A stretch of DNA of 64,000 bases from Octopus sinensis (taxonomy: Eukaryota): NCBI RefSeq assembly GCF_006345805.1, contig NC_042998.1, positions 132,866,001 through 132,930,000 on the forward strand, given 5' to 3'. The position numbers and the translations under genes were made by a program. Below the pieces are notes generated by a model that was not told where the DNA came from, did no database searches, and saw only the letters and a list, made by a program, of their open reading frames with translations. Numbering within the stretch: the stretch's first letter is position 1; each line of letters begins with the position of its first letter. Shown here piece by piece: positions 1 through 11,408 of the stretch.

Positions 1-160
1 GCCAGACGAGATGGTGAAGATGTCGACGACCGCTTTGTTCAAAGCCTCCCTTGACCTCAAGTGGCCTGAACTCTTTACATGAACACCACCCTGTACTTAA
101 CTCCATGTCCCCCTACATGGCCTTGCTATTTGCTTTTGCGCCAAATTAACTAACTAACTA
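1..160 (+). mobile_element. 3' end of a CR1-group LINE (5' part outside the window)
   Basis: Translates as PDEMVKMSTTALFKASLDLKWPELFT*, resembling the CR1/L2 ORF2 C-terminus, followed by a short UTR and an (AACT)n tail at about 146-160. Confidence 0.6.
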
Positions 161-3100
161 ACACACACACACATACATGTGCGCGCGCGCGTGTGTACGT
201 GCGTGAGAGGGAGAGAGTGAGTATGCCTGTAGTTAACTTATCTGAGGCAAAAGCATAATAGAATATATCAAGATAAATTTAAAATTTGCTACAAGAAACA
301 ACTCCAGGCAAATACAAATAAGGATGACGCACTTAACAGCAAAGAGAAGCTGCTCCAAAAGTAAGATCAAAGCATCTCGTGAGCCTCACCGCCTTACGAC
401 CCGTTCATTTTCTTCTAAATGAAGGAGGAGGTGTCTTAAACTGCCTGTCAGCATTTTCAACCTTATTAACCCGTATAAATGTCTTACGTTCAGTAGAACG
501 TGATCCTTCAGCTGTAGAAAACCAATTATGTGGTTTTTAGCGGCCATCTTTCATCTAGTGGTGCGCAATGTTTGTCTTTCATTTCCTTAAAAATCAGTAC
601 AATGTTTAATTAGCTCTCTTTTAGGGTTAACATTACTTCTTTTCAGAGTATCGTAAATTTCTTGCAAGCCGTCAGTGCAAGAAGTCTTCCTGTTGAGCTT
701 CAAATGTGAAATAGAGTCCCCCAGAGATTAGACCTGTTACTATGATCCAACCAAGGATCCCTACAAATCCAGGATTAACTTGACTATCAAGAATAATTGC
801 CTTTATCAAACTATTATAACCAAGGCCATACTCTCACCCACCTTATCACAAGCTTACAGGAAGCACCATAATTGTCTCTATTCTGATTTCTAACCTAAGC
901 AAAAATTTTAAAAATTAAAAAGAACCACGGACGTTTTTTCTTTCTTTTGTTCTTTGATGTCATAACTTGATACTGGGTTGGCACTTTAGTTCATGGACTA
1001 CGAATGGGTGACGTAAACACGGAGAGATTTGAATTCAGAATGGAAAAACACAAATAATAGCTACTCCTAAATGATAGCTAACTATTGAAGAATTTACATC
1101 CAAAAAGTGGCCAGCAAATAATATTTCCAATACAATGGATTTTCCGTATCCTTGAAGAGATTTAGAAACATTTATTCATCAACACGAAGACTTCATTAGC
1201 AAGAACTGTTTTTCCTACTCACGTTTTTCTTTTCGCGTTGTACTTAAGTGATGACAACATCACAGAAATTCACACTTGAAAAGATGAAAATATCATATGT
1301 GCCAACACAAGGTAATGAAGATAAAAATGAAAGAGATGACTTGTTTTTTTATATGGTTCTTTTCCGGCAACCAATCAAATGATAATATACTATAGTCCAG
1401 CCATAAGTGAATGTGTATTATCTTGCTGCTCGCCTCCTTTAGTTGTTTGAATAAGATCCATAGGACTCAGAGTAACGGTTAAAGAATCACCGACTTCAAA
1501 TAAAATACACGATTCTTATGTATTTATCGCTTTTTCTTACTAGTTTCTAAACATATTTTCTAAGCTATTGTACCCGATGTTCTAGCGATTGTACCTATCC
1601 AACACCATTCTAATGATAGTAATTATTTCTAATATGGACGTAAATTTGGAAATTTGTGGGAGGAGAATATTCAATAAAAATCGATCACAGTATTTAACTG
1701 GTACTTTATTTTATCAACTCTGGAAAGGTAAAGCACAAAATGTTTCCCATCGGGATTTGAACTCAGTAAGTGGAGTAACTTAATACATATTGCCAAACGC
1801 TCTAAAGATTCCCCCAAATCCTTTGAAAGTCACGTGGCAAAAAAACGAATGAAAAATAATGTTTTAGTTTGGTTTACTTATTTCCCTTTATTTCTGTTAT
1901 ATTTAGGTATTTCAGGGAGCTTGTTGGCGCTTGCGAAATGTGTGGGCGTATGTTGCATTTTGTAGGTTGTGTGCGAATTATAGGATGTATATAATGTGTA
2001 TCTTTTAAAATCTTAAAACGCAAAATTAGCAATTTCTATGACAATACATTATTATTTTTACTTATTTTGTCTTTATTAGCTTCCATCATTGAACTCCAGC
2101 CATGCAAATTTACAGGATTCAAAGAGTTTTAGTCATTTATGTCAACCCCAGCACTTTATATGTTTTTTTTTTTCCATCGATGTATTTTTACTGAACATCT
2201 AAATTGATCACAGTTACGTCCCTTTAGAAATTTACTTCCGTTGAACAGGCTTAAATGCCGCAATGTACTTCCTTCGGTTTACACATATATAACAAAAACG
2301 AGCGTGCGCGTGCGTACACACACACACGCACATACACACACACGCCTTAAAGTTACTAATACTTCGCTCACTGATTGTATAGCAGAATATGCAAGCAGAC
2401 AGGCAGTTAAGTCTTGCAACTTCTTAATCACCAAAATTTACGCTCCTACACGGAAGGGAGAAATTCTGTCAAGATCTAGAAAAATACAATTGACGGAAGA
2501 AAAAGCATACTTATAATTGAAGATGACGAGGATGTGAAGATTGGATCAGATGTATTTGGGAATAAGCAATTAGAGAATAAGGATTCTGTGATGGGGGTGG
2601 GGGACTAGCGGGATTTAAGAGTATAGGAATTTCTAAAACAAGAGAATATGATTGTAACCAACAACAGCAGAAACTGTCCAGAACAATAACATGGCATGCA
2701 TCTGGTAGAATATATGTAATGATCCGATCGATTTAAAATATATCAAATTAATGTAAATGTAACTAAAACTTAAATTTTCCAGACAGCTGGAAGCAGCAGT
2801 CGTGAACTTTAGAAGCTGACAAGAAAAATTAAATTCAAATCAATCAAGTAAGGCAAAAATACCAGAATATAAAATTGACCTTGAATTATTTAAGAGCCTG
2901 AGTATAACAACAGAATTTGAAGCACAACTGAAGGAAAATTGGCAGTTTTTATTATGGATATTATCAGCAAATGATCAAGGATTAACATGACACTTTCAAC
3001 AAATAACTGTTATAATTCTCGGTAAAAGAAAGCTCAAATTCTGTTACACACAAAAATGTTTTAATTAGTTGTGGTGAAAGAAGAAATACGAAAAGTAAAC

Positions 3101-3371
3101 AATATAAAAACGAAACGAGAGAAATACAAAATACATTGGTGAAAGAAAATTCAAGCAACAAAAGTATATGGATTATCATTGTTTCTGTAAGATCAGCCAT
3201 GCAATATCCTGAGCAGTAAAGAAAAAAATCTCAACATTACAAGAAATAATTTAACCCGCTCTTCTATATTGAGGACATTTATTTCTTTTCCTCTAATTTT
3301 TGAATTCAAACGTACATATAAAATGTAAGGTAGACTTATGGTTGTGCTTTTTGAAAAAGAAAAAAAAAACA

Positions 3372-3485
3372 CAGAAAATTTTTAGCTACACTTTGAAGTG
3401 CAATAAAAATTCAACCTGACTCACATCAGTTTCTCTACTACCTCACCAGCGATCAGTTGCTAATTTTCTTAACCACATAAGAAAA
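3372..3485 (-). mobile_element. Short repeat fragment, probable Penelope-like pseudo-LTR remnant (inverted relative of 5965-6108)
   Basis: Reverse complement aligns by eye with 5965-6108 (atgtgg..aagaaaattagc.actgatc.ctg.tga.g.agtaga...tcagg..gaatttttattg...tcaaagtgtagctaaaaat), with one internal deletion. Confidence 0.5.
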
Positions 3486-3664
3486 GCATTTCAAAATGTT
3501 AAAGATATCGCGAAAGAATGGGTACCTAAATATGAAGTTGTAGAAAATAAATTTGGCAATCTACAAGCTAAAGCAGATGAAGCAACTGATCGACGAAGAG
3601 AATTCTGTGAGAAACTTTGCTACAACAAAGCCGAGGCAGGTAGTTATGCGGTAATATAAAAGGA

Positions 3665-4057
3665 CTAGCAGTATCGCCCGGTGTTCCTCGGATTTGTTTC
3701 AACCCTTTAGAATTGGAATTTTTGAAAAGTAAAAATTTTGCATTATGGAGCTTGTTATTCTCTTTAAGTGAACATTTTTCTGGTTGAAATACACTGAAAA
3801 ATGGCGACACAGCAGTAAAAAAAATCGTAAAAAATCGAGATTTTCATAGAAAAAAAGCACCTTTTTGATGTAAATAATTTCTGGTGTTAATATGGCCCAA
3901 TTTGAATTTTTCCTTCTACGGAAGGAAGAGCAAGCCTTCTTCTATCATACTCTAAATTTTGGTCAACTTGCGCCACAGGGTCTCTGAGGAGATAGTGTTA
4001 GTTGAAGGCTACCAAACTTGCCACACACAGAGAACTTCAGCTTTATATATAGAGAGA
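3665..4057 (-). mobile_element. Non-autonomous Helitron, short family (about 390 bp)
   Basis: On the minus strand it begins A|TCTCTCTATATATAAAG and ends with a subterminal hairpin region followed by CTAG|T. No TSD. Homologous to 28543-28915 and to 11409-11720. Confidence 0.85.
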
Positions 4058-4373
4058 TTTTCATTACATATAGAGCAAAAAGCAGAAATCACCCCTAAAG
4101 AAGTTACACAAGGAATAAGGTAATTAAAACGTAATAATTTACCTAGCAAGGAAAAAATATATATATATATAAAGGATAGTTTCTCGTAAAATTTGTCATG
4201 TTTCAATATATTGGAGAATGGACCAGTAATTGAGCCTGCTCAATTATTATGCAATTGCCAAAGCAAAGAAGCATCAAGAAATACGAAAACAGCTGTACAG
4301 TTTTGTTGTGTCTGGGGAGAGTCATACTGCTTTACTGCCTTAATATTTAACATTCCCCGATTCCGTTTCCATT

Positions 4374-4406
<33 letters not shown>

Positions 4407-5483
4407 CAAGCAAAATTTTGCTACATGTTTTACTTGTTTGAATGAAACGTATAAAACTGATACTTAATACAAATAAAGGATAGTTTCCTTGAAAAAGAAA
4501 CGATACAACAGATTGGTACTGATAATATTGTAACGGTAAAGTCAGGCTACCAATACCAAATGGTAGAAAGTGATCATATGAACATGCAAAAGTCTGGATT
4601 TGGTTAGAAATTCACCAGGTAACTGATTTAAAATAAACAGATGGTGTCAGTCAAAAGTGTGATCTTCAGTGTTTTTCTAAAAAGCATGATGACTGGAGAC
4701 TGAGAAACTTTTGAAGGAAATCTTGAAGTAGAAGTTAGTAATTACCGTTTAGTCACCAATATTGATTTTATAGGACAAAATGATGAACGACTTATAGATC
4801 AGATGATATAACTGAAAGATATGGTAGGAAAATAGATGCCGAAAGAAGCAAATGAAAAACAATCAATCTAATTGAATTAGAAAGACGATCAAACATTTTG
4901 CTGAATTTAAATATCTTGGAAAAAAATCACGGAAGATTTTAAATCAAAGAAAGAAATAGAACACTGGATTCTACAGAGCTTACAGCAAGATGATAACCAT
5001 ATCTGGAAAAATTAAAAAAAACTACAATGTTAATGAAAAATTCATTTTTTAAACAGCATTAGTAATTTCAGCTTGATTCCATGGTTGCGAATCATTAAAT
5101 GCTGAAAGTAGGAAAATATGATCACCTTTCAAATGAAGTATTAAAGTGAGATACTTCACTTTGCATTTCGTTTACACAACATCTAACTAACAGGAGTGTT
5201 AGGAGAGATATTATTGTTAGGAAGGCTGCAAGCACGTAACATTTTTCAACTGCTAAAATTTGGGAAAAAAAAGTAAGATTATGTAAAATGACACGATGAC
5301 GCATTACTTTAAGCAAAAAGTGATGTAAGAAGAGAATGAAGGGAAGTGTTGAATAAAACAGAGGAACGGACAAAGCGGAAGATAATGGAGAACATGAGAT
5401 TGACTGATGAGTGAGAAAGGTGGTTGAAGAGGTGAGTATCTACAGAATTGCAAGGCTATGGTCTTTAATTGATTGGACTATAT

Positions 5484-5786
5484 CAGGGGTTCCCAACCTT
5501 ATTTAGCTTTCAGACCCTCTGAGAGTTATCTTATCATCTGTGGGCCCCATATATGCACATGTAAATTTTTGAAATAAAATATTTGTTTGCAGGTTAGTAA
5601 AAACTAACAATGACGCAATTTCGTTATATTCGTATTATAAATTCCAAATAAAAATCTTGAAAATTTCAATAAATATAGGTACCTCTCCTAGTAAAGAAAA
5701 TTTATATATGGACCCACAAATTACAATTTTTTAAAACTTTTGTGTACCCTTGGGAAGTCCATGTGGACCTCTGTTGCGAACCCCTG
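5484..5786. mobile_element. hAT-type MITE
   Basis: Terminal inverted repeats caggggttcccaac / gttgcgaacccctg and a near-identical 8-bp TSD (gactatat 5476-5483, gtctatat 5787-5794). Confidence 0.75.
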
Positions 5787-5964
5787 GTCTATATTGTCCT
5801 GTAAGTCATTTTTATTTAAGACTGTAGTGAATGAATTACGATTGATTCCACTGCTATTTCTAGTCAATTGACTGATTAATTTCAGGATGTTTACCACTTT
5901 ATAAAGAAGTCGGTTACTCATTTCAATTATGTGCGTGTCTGTGTATGTTATAAATATCTATAAA

Positions 5965-6107
5965 CTACTATTTTCTATGTGGCCAAGAAAATTAGCGACT
6001 GATCTCTGATGAAGCAGTAGAAAACCTGATATTACTCAGGTAGAATTTTTATTGTCACAAATTTGGTTTAACTACAATATCTGCATTTCAAAGTGTAGCT
6101 AAAAATG

Positions 6108-6108
<1 letters not shown>
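5965..6108 (+). mobile_element. Probable Penelope-like pseudo-LTR remnant with a degenerate hammerhead-like motif
   Basis: CTGATGA-agcagta-GAAA followed by the hairpin acctga-tattac-tcaggt. An inverted relative lies at 3372-3485. Confidence 0.45.

Positions 6109-6190
<82 letters not shown>
6108..6190. repeat. (TTTC)n microsatellite
   Basis: About 20 perfect TTTC units. Representative of dozens of microsatellites in the window. Confidence 0.95.
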
Positions 6191-6674
6191 AAATACACAA
6201 CCATAACCCTACCTTATAGCTTGTGTTTTCATTTGAATTCAGAAATAAGAGAAAAAGAAATAACGCACTCAATACAGATGAGAGGGTTAAATTATTTCTT
6301 GTAATGCTGAGATTTTTTTTCTGTACAGCTCAGAATGTTGTATGGCTGATGTTGTTACATGAACAGCGATATTTTGAGGAGTAATACACTGTAATCTAAG
6401 TATTATAAATATACACACACGCACATACACATACAAATGCACACTCACAAACGCACACGCACACGCATGCATACATACATACACACAGACGCACGCACGC
6501 AGACGCACAAAAACTCGCACGTACATACATACATACATACACATGCATATTCTAGCGTGTTCGTACGAACAAGGCTTACACGCATAAAATAATGTACTCG
6601 ATACTTCAGGGAAGAATCACCCGTCCTTTTCTCATACATAATACCTACATACATACACACATACGCACGCGCGC

Positions 6675-6714
<40 letters not shown>

Positions 6715-7204
6715 ACACATACATACAATGTATGTGTTCATGTGTGTATGCTTACAAGAATGGTTGCGTGTGTATGTGTGTGGAAATGTATCATACGAGT
6801 AGTCACACATGCCCAAACCCGCACGTGTATGTATGAAATTTTTTTAAAGCCTGTACCCCTACCCACGCATACCCATATATTTTGATAGGTAACTTGTCAA
6901 CACGTTGCTGCTAGTGTCACACACACGTCATGAAAACAATTCAGTTATCTTTCGTATGCCAGCGTGAGACATTTTCTCTGAGAGTCAAGAACGTACACCT
7001 GAGTTCGTTCCTTCGATGAAGCCGAAGCTTTGTTATTCCATTCTTTTTTCTTTCTTTCTTTAGTAATGTTTCTTTTCTTCACCTCCATCCCAGTTCTTTC
7101 GATTGTTAAGCTGACAACCGAATAAATCGATAACTTGGTATGTTGAGAATGCTGATCAAATTTGTACCTTGTCACCGATTGTGCTGCATTTAAGTTAATT
7201 CTAA

Positions 7205-7415
7205 GGCGGCAAGCTGGTAGAATCGTTGGCGCGCCGGACAAAATGCTTAGCGGGATTTTACCAGCTTTATGTTCTGAGTTCAAATGAGGCCGAGGTTGGC
7301 TTTGCTTTTCATCATTTCAGGGTCGATAAAATAAATACTCAGTTGGGCATTTGAGTCGATGTAATTGATTAGCTCCTCCCCAGAAAATTTCAGGTTTTGG
7401 TCAAATAGAAAAACA
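7205..7415 (+). mobile_element. tRNA-derived SINE, family B
   Basis: ggcggcaagctggtagaatcgtt (A box), ctgagttcaaat (B box), central ctttgcttttcatcatttcagggtcgataaaat domain; homologous to 27842-28245. Confidence 0.85.
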
Positions 7416-7429
7416 AAAATTATGACCCT

Positions 7430-7870
7430 ACACTCTTTCACTCCTCAAATCTACTGTCGCCATTTACAACAGCGTGTATCAAATACAACCATGCCTCACA
7501 CTCAACAAAGAGGGAAAAAATCCAAGGAATTACATGCTACTGTCTCACAACATTCACAACACGAAATAGAAACAATAACATTGGATACAAACAGGAGACT
7601 AGACTAACTGCGGATTATACCAGCCATGCCGGGACCCAAGTCTCTCCACAACAAACCACAGCAACCGGCTACAATGAACAAAGAGGCAGTGCACTATGAA
7701 GCGTTGTATGCTGTGCATTGACCAGCTTTTCATAGACTTAAAAAATGTTAGAAATTAAAGCATACATTGTTATGTGAGGGTATAGCGTGTTCTCACAGCA
7801 AGCTTCGATCATCGCAGTTGACGTCAATGTTTTCAAAAATTACCTCCAAACATACAAACTCAAACACCAA
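7430..7870 (+). mobile_element. Degenerate CR1/L2-like LINE ORF2 C-terminal fragment
   Basis: FSQQASIIAVDVNVFKNYL (ORF 7787) resembles the CR1-group FSxRxxxxWNxLPxxxxxAxxVNxFKxxL tail. Upstream frames are broken. Confidence 0.4.
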
Positions 7871-8929
7871 AAACAGTGTAAAAGTAGCATCCTAAAAACA
7901 CTATCCCTCCCACTCAAACCATACAAGCATATAACATGTTTATACACAAGAAGAGCATCGTTAGCACCGAACACTTTGTTAGGATACCCCCCACGCACAA
8001 GAAAATGTGCAAAATTCGGAGAAACTGCCGGATTCTAAACGATTTCACCTTGAACCACCTTTGGTCTGGTCACCATTAGGATCTACATGTATAAAGAAAC
8101 AGATTGTCACACTTGACTTCATACCATTGCTCATGTCCAAGTGTACCGTAAGGTTCACAGCTAGACAGCCGCATAGAATGTCTAGCTGTGTTTAGCTGCC
8201 GACTATCAAAGCTGACTCAGGGTTACAAATTATATTAGTGCTATACGACAATAAAATAAGTGGATGGTCACAGTTGGAACGCCTTTGATCCTAGGCTTAT
8301 TTGATTTGAGATATTCTTGAGGCAAATCAGCATGTATGCAAATACATAACACTAGTGTGTCTAAATCGTTAGATTTTCGTGAGTGAATTTCTGTGCTTCT
8401 AGGATATTTGTATATCGAAATGCGCACGCATGTGTAATGAGTGTGCACATGTGGTGGTGGTGGTGGTGGTGGTGTGTGTGTGTGTGGGCTTGTGTGCGTG
8501 CGTGTATGTACAGAATCATATTTTTATCTATATAGTTTCGCTATGAAAATTTTCCCCATTACGGCCTTTTCGCAGCCTGGGATAGAACCGATCGTTTTTG
8601 TTGTTACTTAACAGACAATTAAGATCAGCTTGTCTCTTTCTTTCTTTTCGCAAGATGACAAGCGTAAATAGAAAACTATTAATTTAAAAGTAATTATATA
8701 GCTAGGCTAAGCAGTAATCATGTAGAATCTTTAGTGGTATTTCTTCTGACCCTTTACGTTCTGAGTTCAAATACTGCCGCTTGATAAAATAAAGCATCCT
8801 TCAAGTGCTACAGCCGATGTAATCGACTTGTTCTTCTGCCTTAAACTTGCAGGCTTTGAACCTTGTGGATTAGGGTCTACTTACTAGTTCATTAAATACT
8901 GATAGATTACATGAGTAATGTATAGATTC

Positions 8930-9940
8930 ATGCTGTGGGGGTCTTTTGTTAATCTCTCTGGCTTTACAGTTTTTTTCCAGCTTTTAAAGAGCTGTTGTGT
9001 TTCTTGTTAATAATGGGGAACTATAGGTTGTACACTTGTGTTTTTTCATTGTTTTCCCTATGGTCATTGCAGTTTTAATTGTGCTAAATTTTTATATTCC
9101 CGGTGAAGCCACATTCACCCAAACTCGAACTTCCATCGCTATTGCACTGGTGGTCAGTTTTGCGGGTATTTCTTTGCGAATACCCTCAAAGCATATTCTG
9201 GTATTTAATTAAAAATACCTTGTTCTTTATTAAAATATTTGGAGATTCCAAAAGATCTTATATTCTGAACGCTCTTGCCACTACAGTTAGAGTGAGCATT
9301 ATATTATGTTTTACTTGCAAGTTGTCTTTAAGTTTTATTGATATCACTATATGTTTTGATCGTTTGCATATTGGCTTTACATTTTGCTACAAAGCCAATA
9401 CTTTTAGGGGATGGAATAAATAAATTATGTGGACCTCTGTATTTTAGTTTTCTCGGCCCCGAACGGATGAAAGGCAAAATCGACTTCGGCGGAATTTGAA
9501 TTCAGAACGCACAAAGAAATGCCGTTAAGCACCAGCTCAACGCATTTAAAAAAATTTTTCATACTAATCAGTAGAGACAGTTCTACCTGTTTCCTCTAAT
9601 TATTTGTTTGTTCCATGACGAAAATTTTCGTTCCACCTTTTCTATTAGATATGAATACAGCGTATGTGACTCTAATGAGATCAAGTCCAGCTTGCTTAAA
9701 TATTTTTCTGCTATACAAATAGATGATTTCATCCAGTCCGATGATCTTCTGATAGTTTGTTTCACAGGACAGAATTTCTGTCGGAGACATGTTTGATCTG
9801 TTTATTCTTTCGTAGAGCTACTTGCTCATGTGAAACTTAAGCAAAGGCTTCTGTTGAACTCTATTCATTGGATTTGCTAAGCTCTCTTCTATGTTTTTTT
9901 TATATTGTTTCTATTAGATTATTCTCAATATGCATCTTTG
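8930..9940 (-). mobile_element. Degenerate retroelement remnant, possibly Penelope-like
   Basis: Minus-strand A-rich broken reading frames with weak resemblance to the PLE linker/GIY-YIG region (YNL*FPIINKK; GLDLIRVTYAVFISNRKGG). Interrupted by a SINE fragment near 9430-9545. Confidence 0.3.
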
Positions 9941-9946
9941 CTTTAA

Positions 9947-10160
9947 GGTGGCCTGTTGGCCGAATCGTTACAGCATCGGGGGAAATGCTTAGCGCCGTTT
10001 CTTCCGAATTTATGTCCTGAGTTCGAATACCACCGTGATCAGCTTTGCCTTTTGTCTCTTCAGGATCGATAAGATAAGTATCAGTTGAGCACTGGGCTCA
10101 AAGTAATCCACTTACCTCTCCTCTACAAATTGCTGGCCTTGAGCCAAAATTTGAAACCAA
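9947..10160 (+). mobile_element. SINE family B (copy in duplication unit 1)
   Basis: ggtggcctgttggccgaatcgtt head, ctgagttcgaat B box, central gctttgccttttgtc...gatcgataag domain. Confidence 0.8.
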
Positions 10161-10498
10161 TATGAATTTTTGCTTTATTTATAGCGGTATGTTTCTATTA
10201 GATATGAATACAGCGTATGTGACTCTAATGAGATCAAGTCCAGCTGCTTAGATATTTTTCTGCTATACAAATAGATGATTTCATCCAGTCCGATGATCTT
10301 CTGATAGTTTGTTTCACAGGACAGAATTTCTGGCGGAGACATGTTTGATCTGTTTATTCTTTCGTAGAGCTACTTGCTCATGTGAAACTTAAGCAAAGGC
10401 TTCTGTTGAACTCTATTCATTGGATTTGCTAAGCTCTCTTCTATGTTTTTTTTATATTGTTTCTATTAGATTATTCTCAATATGCATCTTTGCTTTAA

Positions 10499-10713
10499 GG
10501 TGGCCTGTTGGCCGAATCGTTACAGCATCGGGGGAAATGCTTAGCGCCGTTTCTTCCGAATTTATGTCCTGAGTTCGAATACCACCGTGATCAGCTTTGC
10601 CTTTTGTCTCTTCAGGATCGATAAGATAAGTATCAGTTGAGCACTGGGCTCAAAGTAATCCACTTACCTCTCCTCTACAAATTGCTGGCCTTGAGCCAAA
10701 ATTTGAAACCAAT
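10499..10713 (+). mobile_element. SINE family B (copy in duplication unit 2)
   Basis: Identical to 9947-10160. Confidence 0.8.
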
Positions 10714-11408
10714 ATGAATTTTTGCTTTATTTATAGCGGTATGTTTGTATATTCTGTTTGTTGTTATTTTCGGATACTCTACGGGGTGGGGGTTAATTAT
10801 TCTTACCTCTCTATTTTTATTTGTTGTGAAGAATGTTTTTCTGTGGCGAGTCCTGTAATGTATTCACTGACTTTTAATGGCTCATTTGTTGTTTTCTTTT
10901 GCTGTATTGTTTCTTTCATTAGTAGGGGATCATGTGTTTTGTGAGTGCTGCGCCCTGTTGTAAAGTTTTCTTAGGTCTGTAGGAGCCTGTGCGAGGTCGG
11001 TCGCTTTGTTTCATTATTTAGCGTTTATTTCTGCTTTGAGATCTTTAACTGTATATTATGAATCTCCATACCATCGCTGGTAAATTTCACTTTCTTTTCT
11101 CTTTGTAGTACTCATGTTTGTTGAATACAGTATGAACATAAAATATAGATGAAAATTTTTATCGTAATGTTAATCGTTCAAACGTTCTTTTAATTTATGT
11201 TTATTTTTGTGGACTCTGCAGTACAAAGCGACCCTTTTGGTTGGGATTTAATCTTTTCTAAGAATTCTGCTATCTTTTACGGAAGCAATTTTGACTTCAA
11301 TTTCTAATTTTGCTTCATTCTGACCAATTGCAGCATGCAGTTCTGAGTTGAAATCGCGTGGAGGTAAACTTTGCTTTTTATCAACTCGAGGTCGATAATA
11401 TAGAGTAA

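Larger units (their letters stand above)
2480..5465 (+). mobile_element. Highly degenerate RTE-like LINE, interrupted by younger insertions
   Basis: Frameshifted RT remnants: acagatggtgtcagtcaaaagtgtgat near 4638 (TDGVRQGC-like), gaatttaaatatcttgga near 4903 (EFKYLG), and a purine-rich C-terminal-like region 5330-5460. Many stops; ends approximate. Confidence 0.55.
9639..10746. repeat. 553-bp tandem duplication (two near-identical copies)
   Basis: 9639-10191 is repeated at 10192-10743. By eye there are three differences (1 indel, 2 substitutions), with TTT microhomology at the junction. Confidence 0.95.

Noticed and set aside
6287-6885. ORFs rich in VC/HT/YI/MYVC/ER repeats here and throughout the track
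   Set aside because: They are translations of (TG)n, (CA)n, (TA)n, (TATG)n and (GA)n microsatellites, with no coding signal.
8076-8174. Minus-strand 32-aa peptide MRLSSCEPYGTLGHEQWYEVKCDNLFLYTCRS* resembling a C-type lectin C-terminus
   Set aside because: Short, upstream in-frame stop, no good acceptor, lacks the WND-type motif; the resemblance is plausibly chance.
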